A DNA stretch of 64,000 bases from Lingula anatina. Taxonomy: Eukaryota; Animalia; Brachiopoda. Positions 38,250 to 51,670 of the stretch are shown in pieces. Both the position numbers and the translations under genes were made by a program. The stretch is taken from the NCBI GenBank assembly GCA_051362555.1, contig CM120640.1, positions 65,264,788-65,328,787 of the forward strand. Direction: 5' to 3'. The notes under the pieces were generated by a model. The model was given only the letters and a program-made list of their open reading frames with translations. It searched no databases and was not told the origin of the DNA. How positions within the stretch are numbered: position 1 is the stretch's first letter; every line of letters starts with the position of its first letter.

Positions 38250-41200
38250 CGTTCATTGCAACTGTCTTACATTTATACAACCGGGCGTAAACGACAAGCT
38301 CCTCGTAGAAACCCCGTGCAGATCCTCGCCTCAAAGAAAGCGGGGCGCAACGGCAAACATCAAAGACGAGGTATAATAAACTTGCTCCAAGTTCAGCAAG
38401 CGGTGATTGACTAGTAATCCAACTGCGTAAAAAATTTAAAACGTAGTATCTCAGCCTTATGGTGTATCCGTACGTATGGTCCTGGCCAGTGATAGTGTGC
38501 GGTGTAGTTGGCTGCTGCCTCTTGCTGCTCCGTGTCTCCACGCTGGTTTAAATGCTACTCCCGCAGAGCGGCACTGGTCCTCGTGACGTCTCTGAATATT
38601 AATATCAAGTCTTACAGACAACCGCAGTTCAATAATCGTTGAAATACTAGATAGCAAATATACCAATATTCTCCGAGTCAATACTAAACCTTAATACACT
38701 AACCAGTTTACATATCCCTTGTCTGAAACGCTATAAAGCGCTCTTTCATGCGAGTGATCGAATTTTGGACTTAACTAAATGGAATATTTATTCCGTTAAT
38801 CCTGTGACTGAGGGCTTCGTCGTAGTTAAACCACTTTCGTAAGCTGATCGAAGTAATCCTGTGGCCAGTGGTATTATCGGACGTCGCCTTAAAATCCACC
38901 ATAGATAACAATACTGTAGCAATAACATGCAGGTCGTACCCCCCTGCCTTTAACCCCTCACCCCACCTCCAGTTCCTTAAGTATCCTTGATCTTTCACGC
39001 TCCCCACCTGGGATAAACTGGAGTAAGGCGATGTTGGGGGAGAAAGGCTTGAAACAATTGTATCCTTTTTAAAACAAATCTTTCGTGTTAATTCCTTTTC
39101 TTGTCCTGAAAATCGTTGGCCATCGCCCCGCTCCCTGCACCTGTCCAGTGTGGCAGTTTCTGGGGACGCGGAGACATGGTCACGGTTTGTTAAGTCCAGT
39201 TTGTTTTCCCCTAGTTGTTGATTTTTTGATCTTGTATGGCACGGTGTCCCTGGTTAGTATCAAGCCATAACCATGTGTACTCCCCTGCGCTGGACTAGTA
39301 AACTGATCCCGACTCAAAAGTCAAATAAGAGGTTCAACTTGTTCCCTCTGCTTTCTATTCACGGCCTTCCGCGCCCGGTAGCTACGCTTCATAAAAGCGA
39401 TGCTAGATTGGGAAGCAATAGAGTTGCAATAATTGCGTATTTGTTGAGATTGTGATTGACCGAAATCCACAAGTAAACACCCGATTTAGTTTCCTCAAAA
39501 GCACGACAAAACAGTTTTATTAGAACATAATTGGTCCATCAACGTTGGAAGACGGGATTTGCTCTAAGTTTTGTTACACTTATTTTGCGAAGCCTTTTGT
39601 TCGCACCAGTCCCACTACCACAGTAAAGCTGGAAGTGTAAATATTTGAAGTTAGACTAAATGAAAATAGTAAAAGAAAAAACACATTCAGCATGCTGAAT
39701 GTAACTTGCATGGGGTTTTAACGAGGCTTCAAATAAGGGTATTGAGGACTGAATGGCACTCAGACTAAGGGGTCCGAATTTTTAATACCTTTTAGTACCG
39801 TCTAAAAATATACTTTACAATAAAAGAAAGAGCAGAAAATTAAGCATTATGTCCAGGAAAGGCTGCACACGTCGTGACGAGCGTTCCCAGTAAGTAAAGG
39901 GGGAACGCGGACCGGTGGGACCACAGGAGTGCGGACCGGCGTTGATTTACTTAATAAACGGTGCGTCGGGATGTCACGCAGGTAGGACGCCTCACGCAGA
40001 GGCTTCCCTTCCTTCCATTGCTCCCTCAAACAGTTTAGCTTACAAATAAAGTAGACAACGCGAGTGATAAATCCTCAATCGAATGGAATCGCTTGGGTAG
40101 GATATGATATGTGGAAGACTGATAGCCGAGGAGTACAAATCACTTTAGACAACCGCAGTGCAGTCAGGGTTATTTGACTAAGAGTTTAATTGAACTAAGG
40201 TGCTACAGTTAATAGGGTAGTCGTAAGATATGTGGCCAGCCTTTGTCGTCGGCGGCACCTGATGTCGCAGCCTGTCAGGTGGATTAATGAGGTGCACCGC
40301 ACTACACACACACAGACAAACCCCCTTTTTGTTGTCAGGCACTATCACATCCCCCATCCTGCGTTCCTTCTTCTGTTCTCTCGAGGTTCGGACAAAGTGC
40401 TGCTCTGGAAACCCAGGACGCCTAGTTTGATTTTTACAAATCGCTGAACGTGCGACTGTCCGATGGAGAAGATAATGTTCCGTATTTCCTTACAAAGACT
40501 CATCACCATTATACCTTATGCATCCACAATAACATGCACTTAAAACATCTGAAGAGTGCGTTCAGTCGGTACTTTATTTTTAAATCAAAATTGTTTTATT
40601 CTATTTAATAAATGGGCTAAATGTACAGATTTTCAGTAAATTGGTGGTTTCCATTTTGGCAAAAACGTAACACTTACAGCTATATTTTTACGATTGAGAT
40701 TAAGACACTGCAACAAGTTATCGAGATTAAATTTTCAGAAGAAACTCAAGGTGCTAAGAATGGATTATACTGTAAGTCGTCACAAAATGCAGAATGATTT
40801 ACGTCACCTCAACACTTCGTACTCCATCTCCCGCTAACCTGATTAGTACTGCTCAAGTGTTGTTTATAGACGTTTTGATCGTAGCATTTGGTCAAAATCA
40901 GGAAAACCTGATTACTTGATGACAAATCTAAAGAAAAAAAAACAGCGAGGCAGGTTTGTCAGCACTCGGTTTCGGAGCAATGGCGAACTTATCATAATGT
41001 ACGGAAAGGCAGTACTTTAAAAGATAAAAGAAACATGACAATTTTGACAAATTGAACATCCCAAAGGATTTCTTAAAAGCTGCCGAAATTCTCTCTGAAT
41101 TGATCGCCGAATAAATGAACTGATCAGCAGGAGAAATAATGTTATTAACCTAAACGCTCTTGATACATTATCATTTCTTGCCCATCTCATTTTTTTAATC

Positions 41201-43224
41201 GTCGACCTGCGTTCCTCGTCTACACATTAATGCAGTACTGAAAGACTTTGATCTTAATCCGCTCAATGGCTTCCATGCTTACCGTGCTCAATGGTCCGCG
41301 AATATACGGCAAATTAATAGAAAGGGACTAACGTGAAACAATGGGCACACCACCAAGCTCTGGGAACGCTAATTAAGATGCATTGCTCTAAACCAAGGGA
41401 TAATTGGGAATCGTGAGGGAATGTCAGATATTCCAGGGACGTCTTTATACTCGATTTCCAGATGCTGTCCGAAATTCTCAGAAACGATCAACGCCTTACA
41501 AGCAAGACCTTCTTTATCACTTTATAAATGCCTGGAAATTATTGCAGAGAGGGGAGAAACGGTCAGGTATTAGAGGATTTGAGCTCTTCTGTTATCTCCA
41601 TCGATAATATCAAATACCGATGGTGGTCTGGAATGTTCCCAAATTACAGGGAGAACGGCTTATGTAATCTAAACTCAGTGCCATGAAAACCGTATTAAAT
41701 AAGTCAGTTGAAAAGGTTGGATCTTCGGAATTCAATAGTAATAAGGAAAGTAGCCAAGCAGTAGAACTGTCGCTGAAAACAAGCGTTATCGGCCTCCACT
41801 GTAGACACGGTGACCCGAAGGCATAGCAAGCCACTAATGAATCGAATTTGATGCTAAATTAAGATTGAATTCTTGTTAATGATCTCTAATTTTACGGTAA
41901 ATAAAATTTTCAATTGGCTTGTCTAGACGTACTACTACAGCCGGGTGAATACGGCGATCACAACAGCACTGAAAATCCGTCTCATTAAAATGTTCTTTAC
42001 AGAAGCTATTTATTACAGACTAAAGCGATACAAAGGTACAAAACTCTTTTAATAACTTTGTACGTGTATTTAAAGGTAAAATACAAGATTATAATTTGCC
42101 TATTGTAAAATGATAATATATGTATCGAAATTAATGAATTAAAGGATTAAAGGATTTTAAAAACGGGTCTTTGATTATATACTTAAAAGTTAAAAGGGAA
42201 TTACAAAGACGAAAATTAATGATAAAACGAATTTTAGTTTCACTACCACAAAATCAGCGCGTTGTTTACTTCGGTCCTTTTCTAGGTCTGGTCATTCTGT
42301 CCGTCACGTTTTGGACAATACCAAGGCCAAAACAATGGCACGTGTCAAGACATGGGACTAATGTTACCGAACCTTGGCGTTGTTCAGCAGAACACAAGTC
42401 ACGTGGCCACGCGATCGTCAACAAACAATATAGGACATTTTCTCTTGGAGTAAGCGTGTGCACTAACCGAATTTTAAATTTGATGCAATTTCTGATCTAT
42501 TTAGCAAGTAGAACGTTGAAAGCAATTTTCTACAAATGAGGTTAAAAAACTTTTGAAAATATCCATCGCACGAGATGCGACAAATGTCAAATATGTGGTA
42601 TCTTTCTAACTTATCCAGCAAAAGAGGGTATCGCAATGAAACGAATCATAAGCTGTACTCAAATTCCACATTACACCAATAACAACAAAAATTTCAATGT
42701 CTTATATTTCTTTTAATTGTCCATACATATTATCAAATTTGTCATATTGTTTCTCTTTTTGGTGATGGCAATATATCCTGATAGCAATTTACTCAATTCC
42801 ACAACGGTCCACAAAAAGGCTGTCAAAATGTCCTCTCTGAGCAAAAGTCTGTTCCAGCCTCCTTTGGCTCACTTGATATCTAATCAGAGGGTGTGAAGCA
42901 AACACTGTCCTGCCCGATATGGTCTTCCTAGCCTCCGGAGCAAACCACGTCCCCTCTACCTCGGCATGAGGTCCCCATGTCACACAGCACGTGCCAATGT
43001 GACACAAGCTGTCTCCTTTTTCTGCTGTAGCAACTTACTGAGGCAAACACAGTCCAAGTACTCCACCCTTGTCCCTCTGAGGTTAATATCAAAGTAGATA
43101 AACAAGACTGTTTTCAGAAACACATTTCACCTCCCTCTCTCCTCTCTTGTCTTTAAGATACTGTCAAGTTTCTTCTTCCGGCCTGTCTGTGCACTTGTTT
43201 CCCTGTATCTTCCACACCTCCATG

Positions 43225-46200
43225 TCAAAACTCTTGGCCGCCCCACTGTGGACCCTGCCGAGATGAAAAGAAACAAAATTTGTTAATGTCAGACTCAATT
43301 GCTACAGCTCTTAGATCAAATATAATTGGCAGGCTGAAAAAGGACGTATATGTGCTTGATCATGGCGTGAAACTTTCTGTAGCCAGCTCCTTCCTCATAA
43401 CTCATATGGTATTGGCTGACATAAATTCACACCAACCTAGAATGGGTTCACACCAGGGGCAGCCCTTTATTCCGAAGGGCCACTTTTCCCAGAGTCTACT
43501 ATTCCAAACAGTGAAGGAACCTCAATCTGAAATTGACCGCTTTTCTGAAGGTCCGCAATTCCGAAGGTTTGAGGGTCTTCTAGAAAGTGTGCTATTCCAC
43601 AAAAAGTTTATTAATGCGATAGCTGCCTATTAGTTGTGCAATTGTGGCACTGACCTCTGTGTCAAAGAAGTGGATTTAATTTGCTATCTTTCTGCTGTTC
43701 GCCCTCTATCTATAACTTCCAAATAGTGGACCTTCGGAATAGCGAGCCCTCGGAATATAGAAGCGCACTCATTCGTACCAACCTTGGTTGGTATATAAAT
43801 ATATGCACCAACCTAGAATGGATTCACTCCAACCTTTGTTGGTATGGACCCACATCAACCAAGAATCGATTCACACCAACCTTGGTATGGATTCCCCAAA
43901 ATCTAGAAACAAAACTGATTGGCATATTTTCACAAGAAGAAAGAATGGAAATCTCTGTGTTTATAACTAGACCTAGATACAAACTAAAACAGCAGTGTAA
44001 AAATTGACAACAACCCAAAACAGACTGCTGGATGATCAAGTTGCTCATAGGCAGTGATGCGTTGGTGTTATCTGGTACTCTTTTTTTAGTAAAATATCCG
44101 GTCTAAAACAGTCCTAGTTGCAGGTTAAATAATCACCACACCCAAATGATTCTGTTGAGCAAGGTTGGGTATTGACTTTTTCTTTGAAAGGAAAACTCCA
44201 ATTCCTTATCATCACATTCCTACAGCTATTTGAGTCAGTGTGATTATTTTCAAACAAAATGTATTTTGGTAAATTAAATTAGTTTTACATAACAGACCCA
44301 CAGCAGGGGGGAGTGGGGGGGGGGAGGAAAAGGGGTCACTGACACTGGTAGTACTTTCTTTTGTCTAAAAGTGACTCATTTACACCAAACTTCTAGATAG
44401 ATTAATCAATCTTTGTGTAATCAAAAAGAGATTCATATAACCATTAATACTGCCTCAAAAACCACAGCATTATTTCACTCTGGTTTCCCTGTCCATAAGA
44501 AGAAACCATTAATGTAGAATAAAATCAGTCTGCAGAAACATCAAAGGAGTTCTCTTACAGATTCCTTTCCCCATTAACAGGTCATAAAGTCTGCATGTTA
44601 AGACAGCTGGCAAAATTACCACTGGCAATAAAAAGAAGCCTTTAGATTTTGTAACCTTCATGAGAATGGTTTGTTCAAGCATCAAATTTAATTCCCCTGA
44701 TGTACATTAAGCCTTGCAGTTAAAAACACACCCACACCTCCTTGGGCAAACCTGACAGGTTGTAGGCCTGCCTGGTCACAGCTCCCTCCTACCTACGGCA
44801 AGTGTAAAGGATAAGACGCTGTTTACATGTTCTTGCACTGAGAGAGCAACATAATACAGGAACCACGCTGAGCAATGCTCACTTCATGTCACAGCCAATA
44901 CAAGGCGCAATGCTTCTTACTGCCGCATCAATACACTACCTACGCTTTGAAATAAAGACACAGTATGCTGGGTATTATAACTTGATTGCAAGTTATTTTA
45001 AAACACACTTGTTTGCTATTTCAGTGTGAAATGAGCCAGGTAAAAATGTCTTTGGGGGGGGGGGGGGGGGGAGAGTAAGGCTAAGAGCTGTTGGGGGAAA
45101 ATGTGAAATGTGCTTACTTAACCATGAGACATCTTTCCTTTAAATATAAGTGAATATAATGGAACTGCCTGACTTGCATGTTTGTGTTGTTTTAAAAAAT
45201 GAGATGATTTTCATGTCTGTTCATTTGTATATAAGGTTAGAAAATCTGTTCACTGTTTTCTGTTAACACTATTATTAAGCAATTGCTTTCTCCATCAGTT
45301 TCACTAAAATAGGAAGAAATAGAGTGATATACATTTATATTAAGAAATGAAATATCCATCACTAACAATGTCAGTTTTATTAACTTTGTAACACATATAT
45401 TATCATTTAATATTCACATTTAACCTAGCTAAATATGTGGATATTGCACCACATATCTATTGCAATGTATTATATGTGTACATCTACAATACATTTACAT
45501 CCTGGACTGTTTTAAAAATAAGAAGTCTAAGTACAACATATTAACAGTAAGAACAATAGAAAGCACCGAAGGCCCCCTTCTCTGAACACTGGACTTTATA
45601 CTAGGCTCATCAAGCCCATTATCTGATAACCAATGAAGACCAATGGTGACATCTACCTCTCAGTCACCCATGCCACTAACAGACAGAGGGCAGTCCAGTG
45701 CATTCCCTCTGGCCCTTCAAATGAACTCCATATAATTCAACATGACACATCAGGCTGTAAAACTCACACCAGCCTATTAGCCAAGAGTAGTAGCTTGCTA
45801 TCACCTCAGTAAACTAGTGTAGATTGGCTAGAGAATCTATCTCATAAATAGTGGCACATTTCTTTTTAGATAACAGATCACAGAAGGCTTATGCAAGAAA
45901 CAACTACCAATGTGGGAGAAGTGTTTGCTTAACTAATTTGTGGTTATATATCATCAGTGTAACCAGAATAATTCTGTGATGCTTTCGTCTAAATCCACCA
46001 AACCAGATTATCATGCCAAACCAACTGTGTATCTAGAGCTGGCTGGTTATCTGGTGCCAAAATAGAGCTTTAAAACAGTAGAATTCTTGACTGCACTGAG
46101 AAAACACCACCACACCAAAAAGATAGGAATATACTTTAGGTTTATAAAAAGAAAGAAAGAAAGAAAGAAAAAAAGAAAGAAATCTTCACAGAAATCAGTA

Positions 46201-49200
46201 GTAACCCTCTTCAATCTTTAAACTGTAATGACCAAAGTGTTTTAAAATCAAGTATACAGGCAAATTCATCATGTGAAGTGCCTCTATCAGTTATTTTTCT
46301 AAACCAGATGCAGCAAACTATTCCAATTTCCCATGTTTGGTTTGATATCTTCTACAAATTGTGACCATAATATGTGCAAAGGTGAAAAAAAAAAAGATAT
46401 TTTTCAATTCCACTAAATGATGTGCCTATTTTCAATCCAGTTCTATGAAAATACATTACCCCCCCCCCCCCCCCCCCCCCCCCCCCTTTGACTATGGCCC
46501 ACCATAATTCTGGCTAGACACATTTCACACAAGACACAAACTATTGAACACAAACTTTTGAACACTAACAATGCCTCTTGTTCAGACTGGATCCTGTTAT
46601 GTAAATCCCCTTATAATCAAATTTACCTTTAAGAAAACTGTTAAGGCAATGTTTGGTATTTTAACATGGATATTTCACAAACAATCACCGTATGAATGAC
46701 CAGCAGCTATTTAGTTATATGTTTGGAGTTTTATTTCACCTCTAAAGAATGTTTACATGACATAATTCGCCACACTACCCTTGCTTTGATAACATTTTGA
46801 CACTTCCTCTGCAGTTTATTACTGAAAAAAGAAAAAAAGTCAAACTTGGCAAAGATCACTGTTGTAACAATGATTGCTTTTAAGAGGTTTTTGATATAAT
46901 CAGATTTTATCATTAAATTATGTATTAGTTACAACTGAAAATTAGTAATGCAACTAAAGACCCTAATCATATCTTACCACTTTTCATTTATATCTGGAAT
47001 TCTGTATTCTAGGCAATATTGTCAAATAATTTATTCATCACCAATGGGGTATATAAAATTTTGTTGATGAAAGCTACTCTTAAATGAAGTGGGGGCCTTG
47101 TGACCTGCACAGATCCTCAACTTTCTGTGCCATTCACCTCAATTCTGGATAAATCTCCTTTCTTACATACATTACACACCTGCAAGAATATTAGTTCTAT
47201 ATATGATGACACAAAACAGCAGTAAGCTTATTTGTGCAAACAGAGAACGACGACGATTTGTGATTTTCATGTCATATTGCATTTTGAGTGAAATTATTGC
47301 CATATATTTCAGTATTATAATTCAGTTGAATTATATACTCGTTACAAACAGAAGATAAAAAATTCTGAATTAAAATAAGGAAAAATTAAATCCAATTGTA
47401 TTAATAATTTTTGTGAAGAAATAAAAATTAAAATACAAATAGGAAAAGTTACTTGATTTGTATAATTCAATTGCTAAGATGTTTAGTAAATGTTTTCAGT
47501 CATGAAGGCTCTTCTTGTGGGTGCGCACACACATGTCCGCTTACACACACACACACACAGCATGTATACAGGTGATGTACACCTACCGAGTCTGATTTTG
47601 CTGAGAGTTTCTTCTCTATGTTCATAGCTAACATCTGTGATCTGAAGGAGAGTCCCTTGGTTTTGTCTATCACCTGTTGGTATGGAGACACAGCCTGTGT
47701 GCCCATCACCACGTGACCCTGGGAGAACAAACACAATACATCACCTTCATGACAGAACACAGGATTCAGGAGAACAAACAAGATTTTAATTAAAAAAAAA
47801 AAAAAAAAAAGCATTCCTAAGGAAATCATTTCTGAGCGACAGTGCATGGAAACATACTGCCGATAGACTTGCATGCATGCACACTATGATAAACCCTAAA
47901 TTCTACTGAAATCTTTGGTTTCAAATATATATAAAAACACTACAGAATGCCACAAGAAAAATTACTGTTATGGTCTTCAAGAAATATTACAATAATTATG
48001 CTATGTAAGTGCATGCGGAGAATTCTGCTTAAGAATATCAAGTGAGAGAAGAGAAAATGGATCCTTACCAACTTGGAGTCGATCTTGGCATCGAGCCGTG
48101 CACCACGTATGAGGTTCACAATCCACCTCTCGGCATCATCTGGGGTCATGTTCAGCTTCTCGGCAAGCATGCTGCAATACACAGAGAAAGTTGGGGTCAG
48201 TGCCCATGACAGTGCAAAGACTCCAAAGAAAAATTGCTTGTAGGAAGGAGATTTTTGTAAACTTAAGAGTCCTTGACGTCCAAAACAATTCCAAGGCAGA
48301 CCAATGAACCAAAAGCAATTACCCATAAACTCCTTGATTGTTGCCATTTTATTATTCAGTGATTTTCCTCCTAAATATTTGTGACGTTATACAAGTAACC
48401 CTCATTCAAACAGAAGAAGAGGAGGATGGGATTAGAAAACCCAAGGAATTTACAAATTCCAAACCCAATATTACGAATTGATGAAATTACTCAAACACAT
48501 TAAGAAACAAAATATATAGTGTTGGGTATTAACTCCAGGTTATTAAATTCATTTTCTGGTTTCTCTATACTGTTTCTGCCTGCTTACAAGTACTTATAAA
48601 CCCAGCAATCACTGCCAAACACAATACACTGCATGGAACCACAACTAACACAATGCAAACATATCAAAGTTAACATACACATTCTGGACTTATCTTTTCC
48701 TAGAACATGTTATGCATATAAAAATACAGGTGAGGCCTATCTAACTAAACAATCAACCAAAATTAATTTTTTATTTCTTCTGTCTCATGTTTTTATTCCC
48801 TCTTTGTCATGATGCTAGTGTTTTAGAATGTTTGATGAAATTTGGTGTTGCAAAGTGCAAAGAATGTGTGGGAAGCATGAGTGTCAAGTTGTCATACTTA
48901 CTTAATACTAATGCACTCATGAATTCGACAGAAAGTCTCAAATATAAAAAGCCTGGCATTCTCAATGAAATCATCTAAACAGGCAACAAGGAAGAAGTCA
49001 TTTACCAGAACCTAAAAAAGCAACACATTAAAAAAGAATGATGCTGAGTTAGACTGACATTTTAAAAGCATCTCTTACCAAAGAACGACTGTCAATAAAT
49101 ATTTATACACAATGTATGAATCGATGTAGGACTTAAGTATACAAGCCTGCTATGTAAGAAAGCTTTTAAACTCTTCTTTATGTTAGATGTAATAAGGAAT

Positions 49201-51635
49201 GGCTCTTACACTTTCACATTCTCTGAGTTTTTGTTGTGCTCCATCAAAATCAAAGTTGACATACAAGCACTCTAAGAATTCTGTTATTGGGTCTCTGTAT
49301 GTGTATGATTCCTGAAACAAAATATGCATTCACCAATTAAAAGAGAAAAAGACAGTCAGCAGCACATTTAAAAGCAGTGTCTGAGCTTACAGAAATATGT
49401 TTTCTTAGTGAGGTTAACATTAGTTATTAACCCTAAACAGCCCCAAGCTAAACATAAAAATGTATAGAAGTAAAGACCTTTTACGCTTTAAAAGGTCTAT
49501 ACTTCGATACATTTTTATGCTTAGCTTTGGGCTGTTTAGGGTTACATTTCTTTCTAAAAATAACGCTTTTGGCAATGGTTATGTCATGTACAATATTTCT
49601 ACAACCAAATTTATATTAAAAAGCTATTAAATCTTAAACACCTTGGTACATATAAAACGAATTTGACAAAAAATTATTGAAGGATTGCTTTAAAAAATAA
49701 AAATCACAATTTCTCTACCTCTCACACATACACAGAAGGAAAGCTTTTAATCTCTTCTTAGATTTTGAACAAGCTTATGTTTGATGCAACTGAACAGTTT
49801 CCAAGGCAACCGAAAGGTATTCATAGAAATAAAAAGTTTTCATTTACTGATGTGGATATTGCACATAAAAGTACAGTGAGGCTAGTCTACTTACCTGTTG
49901 TATGACCTTGACAAGGTCTTTGAGGACTGTTCTCCGCCTCTTGTTGGTGATCACCGCAGTGGTCAGGTAGCGCAGTATGTGTGGACACAGAGTCTGGATG
50001 GCATTCAGGTACCTGGAAGAAAGACACAAAGTATGCACATGTATACAATGAAAATAGCCTGACATTTCATTTACATCAAAAAGATGCTTCAAAATAAGAC
50101 TGTATTTCAGCCCCCACTTTCAATGTTTGATAGTTCAGTGTCTTACAATAGAAATCACACCAGCAAGGTGCTAGCTTCACATCCCATCAAAAGCCCCCTT
50201 GTTTCTCTCCATATACTTACTGTTGTTGATACAGAAACATGTCTATGATGAGATCTCTGCCCTTGGGGTGGTTGAAGTATACAAACAGGCTCCAGTGGAT
50301 CAGCCACGTCCTCTGCTGGAGAGACTGAAGTGCTGTGGTAAAAGGCTGGAAAAATATAACTTAACCATCATCTTCTTACTGAGATAAACATACTTGCTTC
50401 CCATAAATAAAGTTTTAAACATAAATCTAATAGTGGAAGATGTAGTGTCTCTGCTATCAATGCTACCCATTCTGTCTTGTTACATAATTTTGTGTTTTGT
50501 ATTGTATTTTTGATGTTTCACCATCCCATCCCATGGGCCCTAACTCATTATCTCTATCTTCTAGTTTAGAAATGTTCACAGTACAGCAAATTGTCATCCC
50601 TGATGCATGCACAGCTCCTGTTTGTAGTTTCACTTACACTTGAGTCAATGACATCTCGCAGCCTGTTCAGGTCTTCCAGGGCAGTGTCCCAGTTCTGCAT
50701 CAGGATTTCACAGGCCAGCTTTCCCCACATGGCATTCAGGGCATTCTTGTCATTGGGAGGTAACTGGAATATCACACCATTAACAATAGGATAGGACACA
50801 ATACTATGTGTATTTGGAGTCACTGACTGGTTGTTGGAAGTTAGTCACATGCTTTTAAGAGGCTTTTCTTTTATGTTTAGTGCTAATGCCATTTCCAAAT
50901 GTGAAGGTAGGAAAACTCAAATTGCAATTTAAAAAAAAAATGCATTTCATGTTATCTGTTATCATGCCGGTACTCTGACAAAGTAAAGCCATTCAATTTC
51001 ATAGTATAGTATTTCATAGTATAAAATGTGTCTTGAATGCTATCAATGTTCTGGATGCCATAAACTTACAAGTGCCCTAACAAAATACAGGTATTCAGCT
51101 GCACCAGAGTAGTTGCCACACTCATATTGGAACTTAGCAAAGTTGTATAGTGTGTTGATCATTTCACTGGTTACCTGAATAGTAGACATTAAACTGACAA
51201 TAAGTGAGGTATAACAAGTATTCTATCTTTGTTCCATATGACAACTAAAAATGACATTCTTCACTTTCACAGTATGTATACAACAAAAATTCAGATGGTT
51301 AATTATTACTCAAAATATTTACAAAGATGATTCTGATTCAAACAAATAAAGATCAAATGCAATAATAAAGATTTTCAGGTCCATAAAACCCTATCATGAG
51401 TCCTGAAAGCACACATATGGATGTATACTTACATTGTACTCCTTAGATAAAAATTCAAAAAGTTGTCTTCCATCCCTGAATAAATATAAATACAATACAT
51501 TTGAATACAATTACTACTACCAAGTGAAGTCTTCCATCCCTGAACAAAATAGTAAATAAAACCCCTTGAAAACATACTATTACCCAGTGAAATATTTCCG
51601 AAAAGTGATGCATTACCTTATATTTTACATTTCTA

Positions 51636-51670
<35 letters not shown>

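Noticed and set aside
46185-46280. Possible intronic C/D-box snoRNA in eIF3e intron 12 (ATGATGA…CTGA with a CTTCACA/TGTGAAG stem)
   Set aside because: Non-canonical kink-turn geometry and no rRNA-complementary guide that I could identify
46487-47180. Alternative candidates for the eIF3e last exon (acceptors near 47179, 47104 and 46513)
   Set aside because: Translations lack similarity to the eIF3e C-terminus; 43225-43254 (GPQWGGQEF*) fits better
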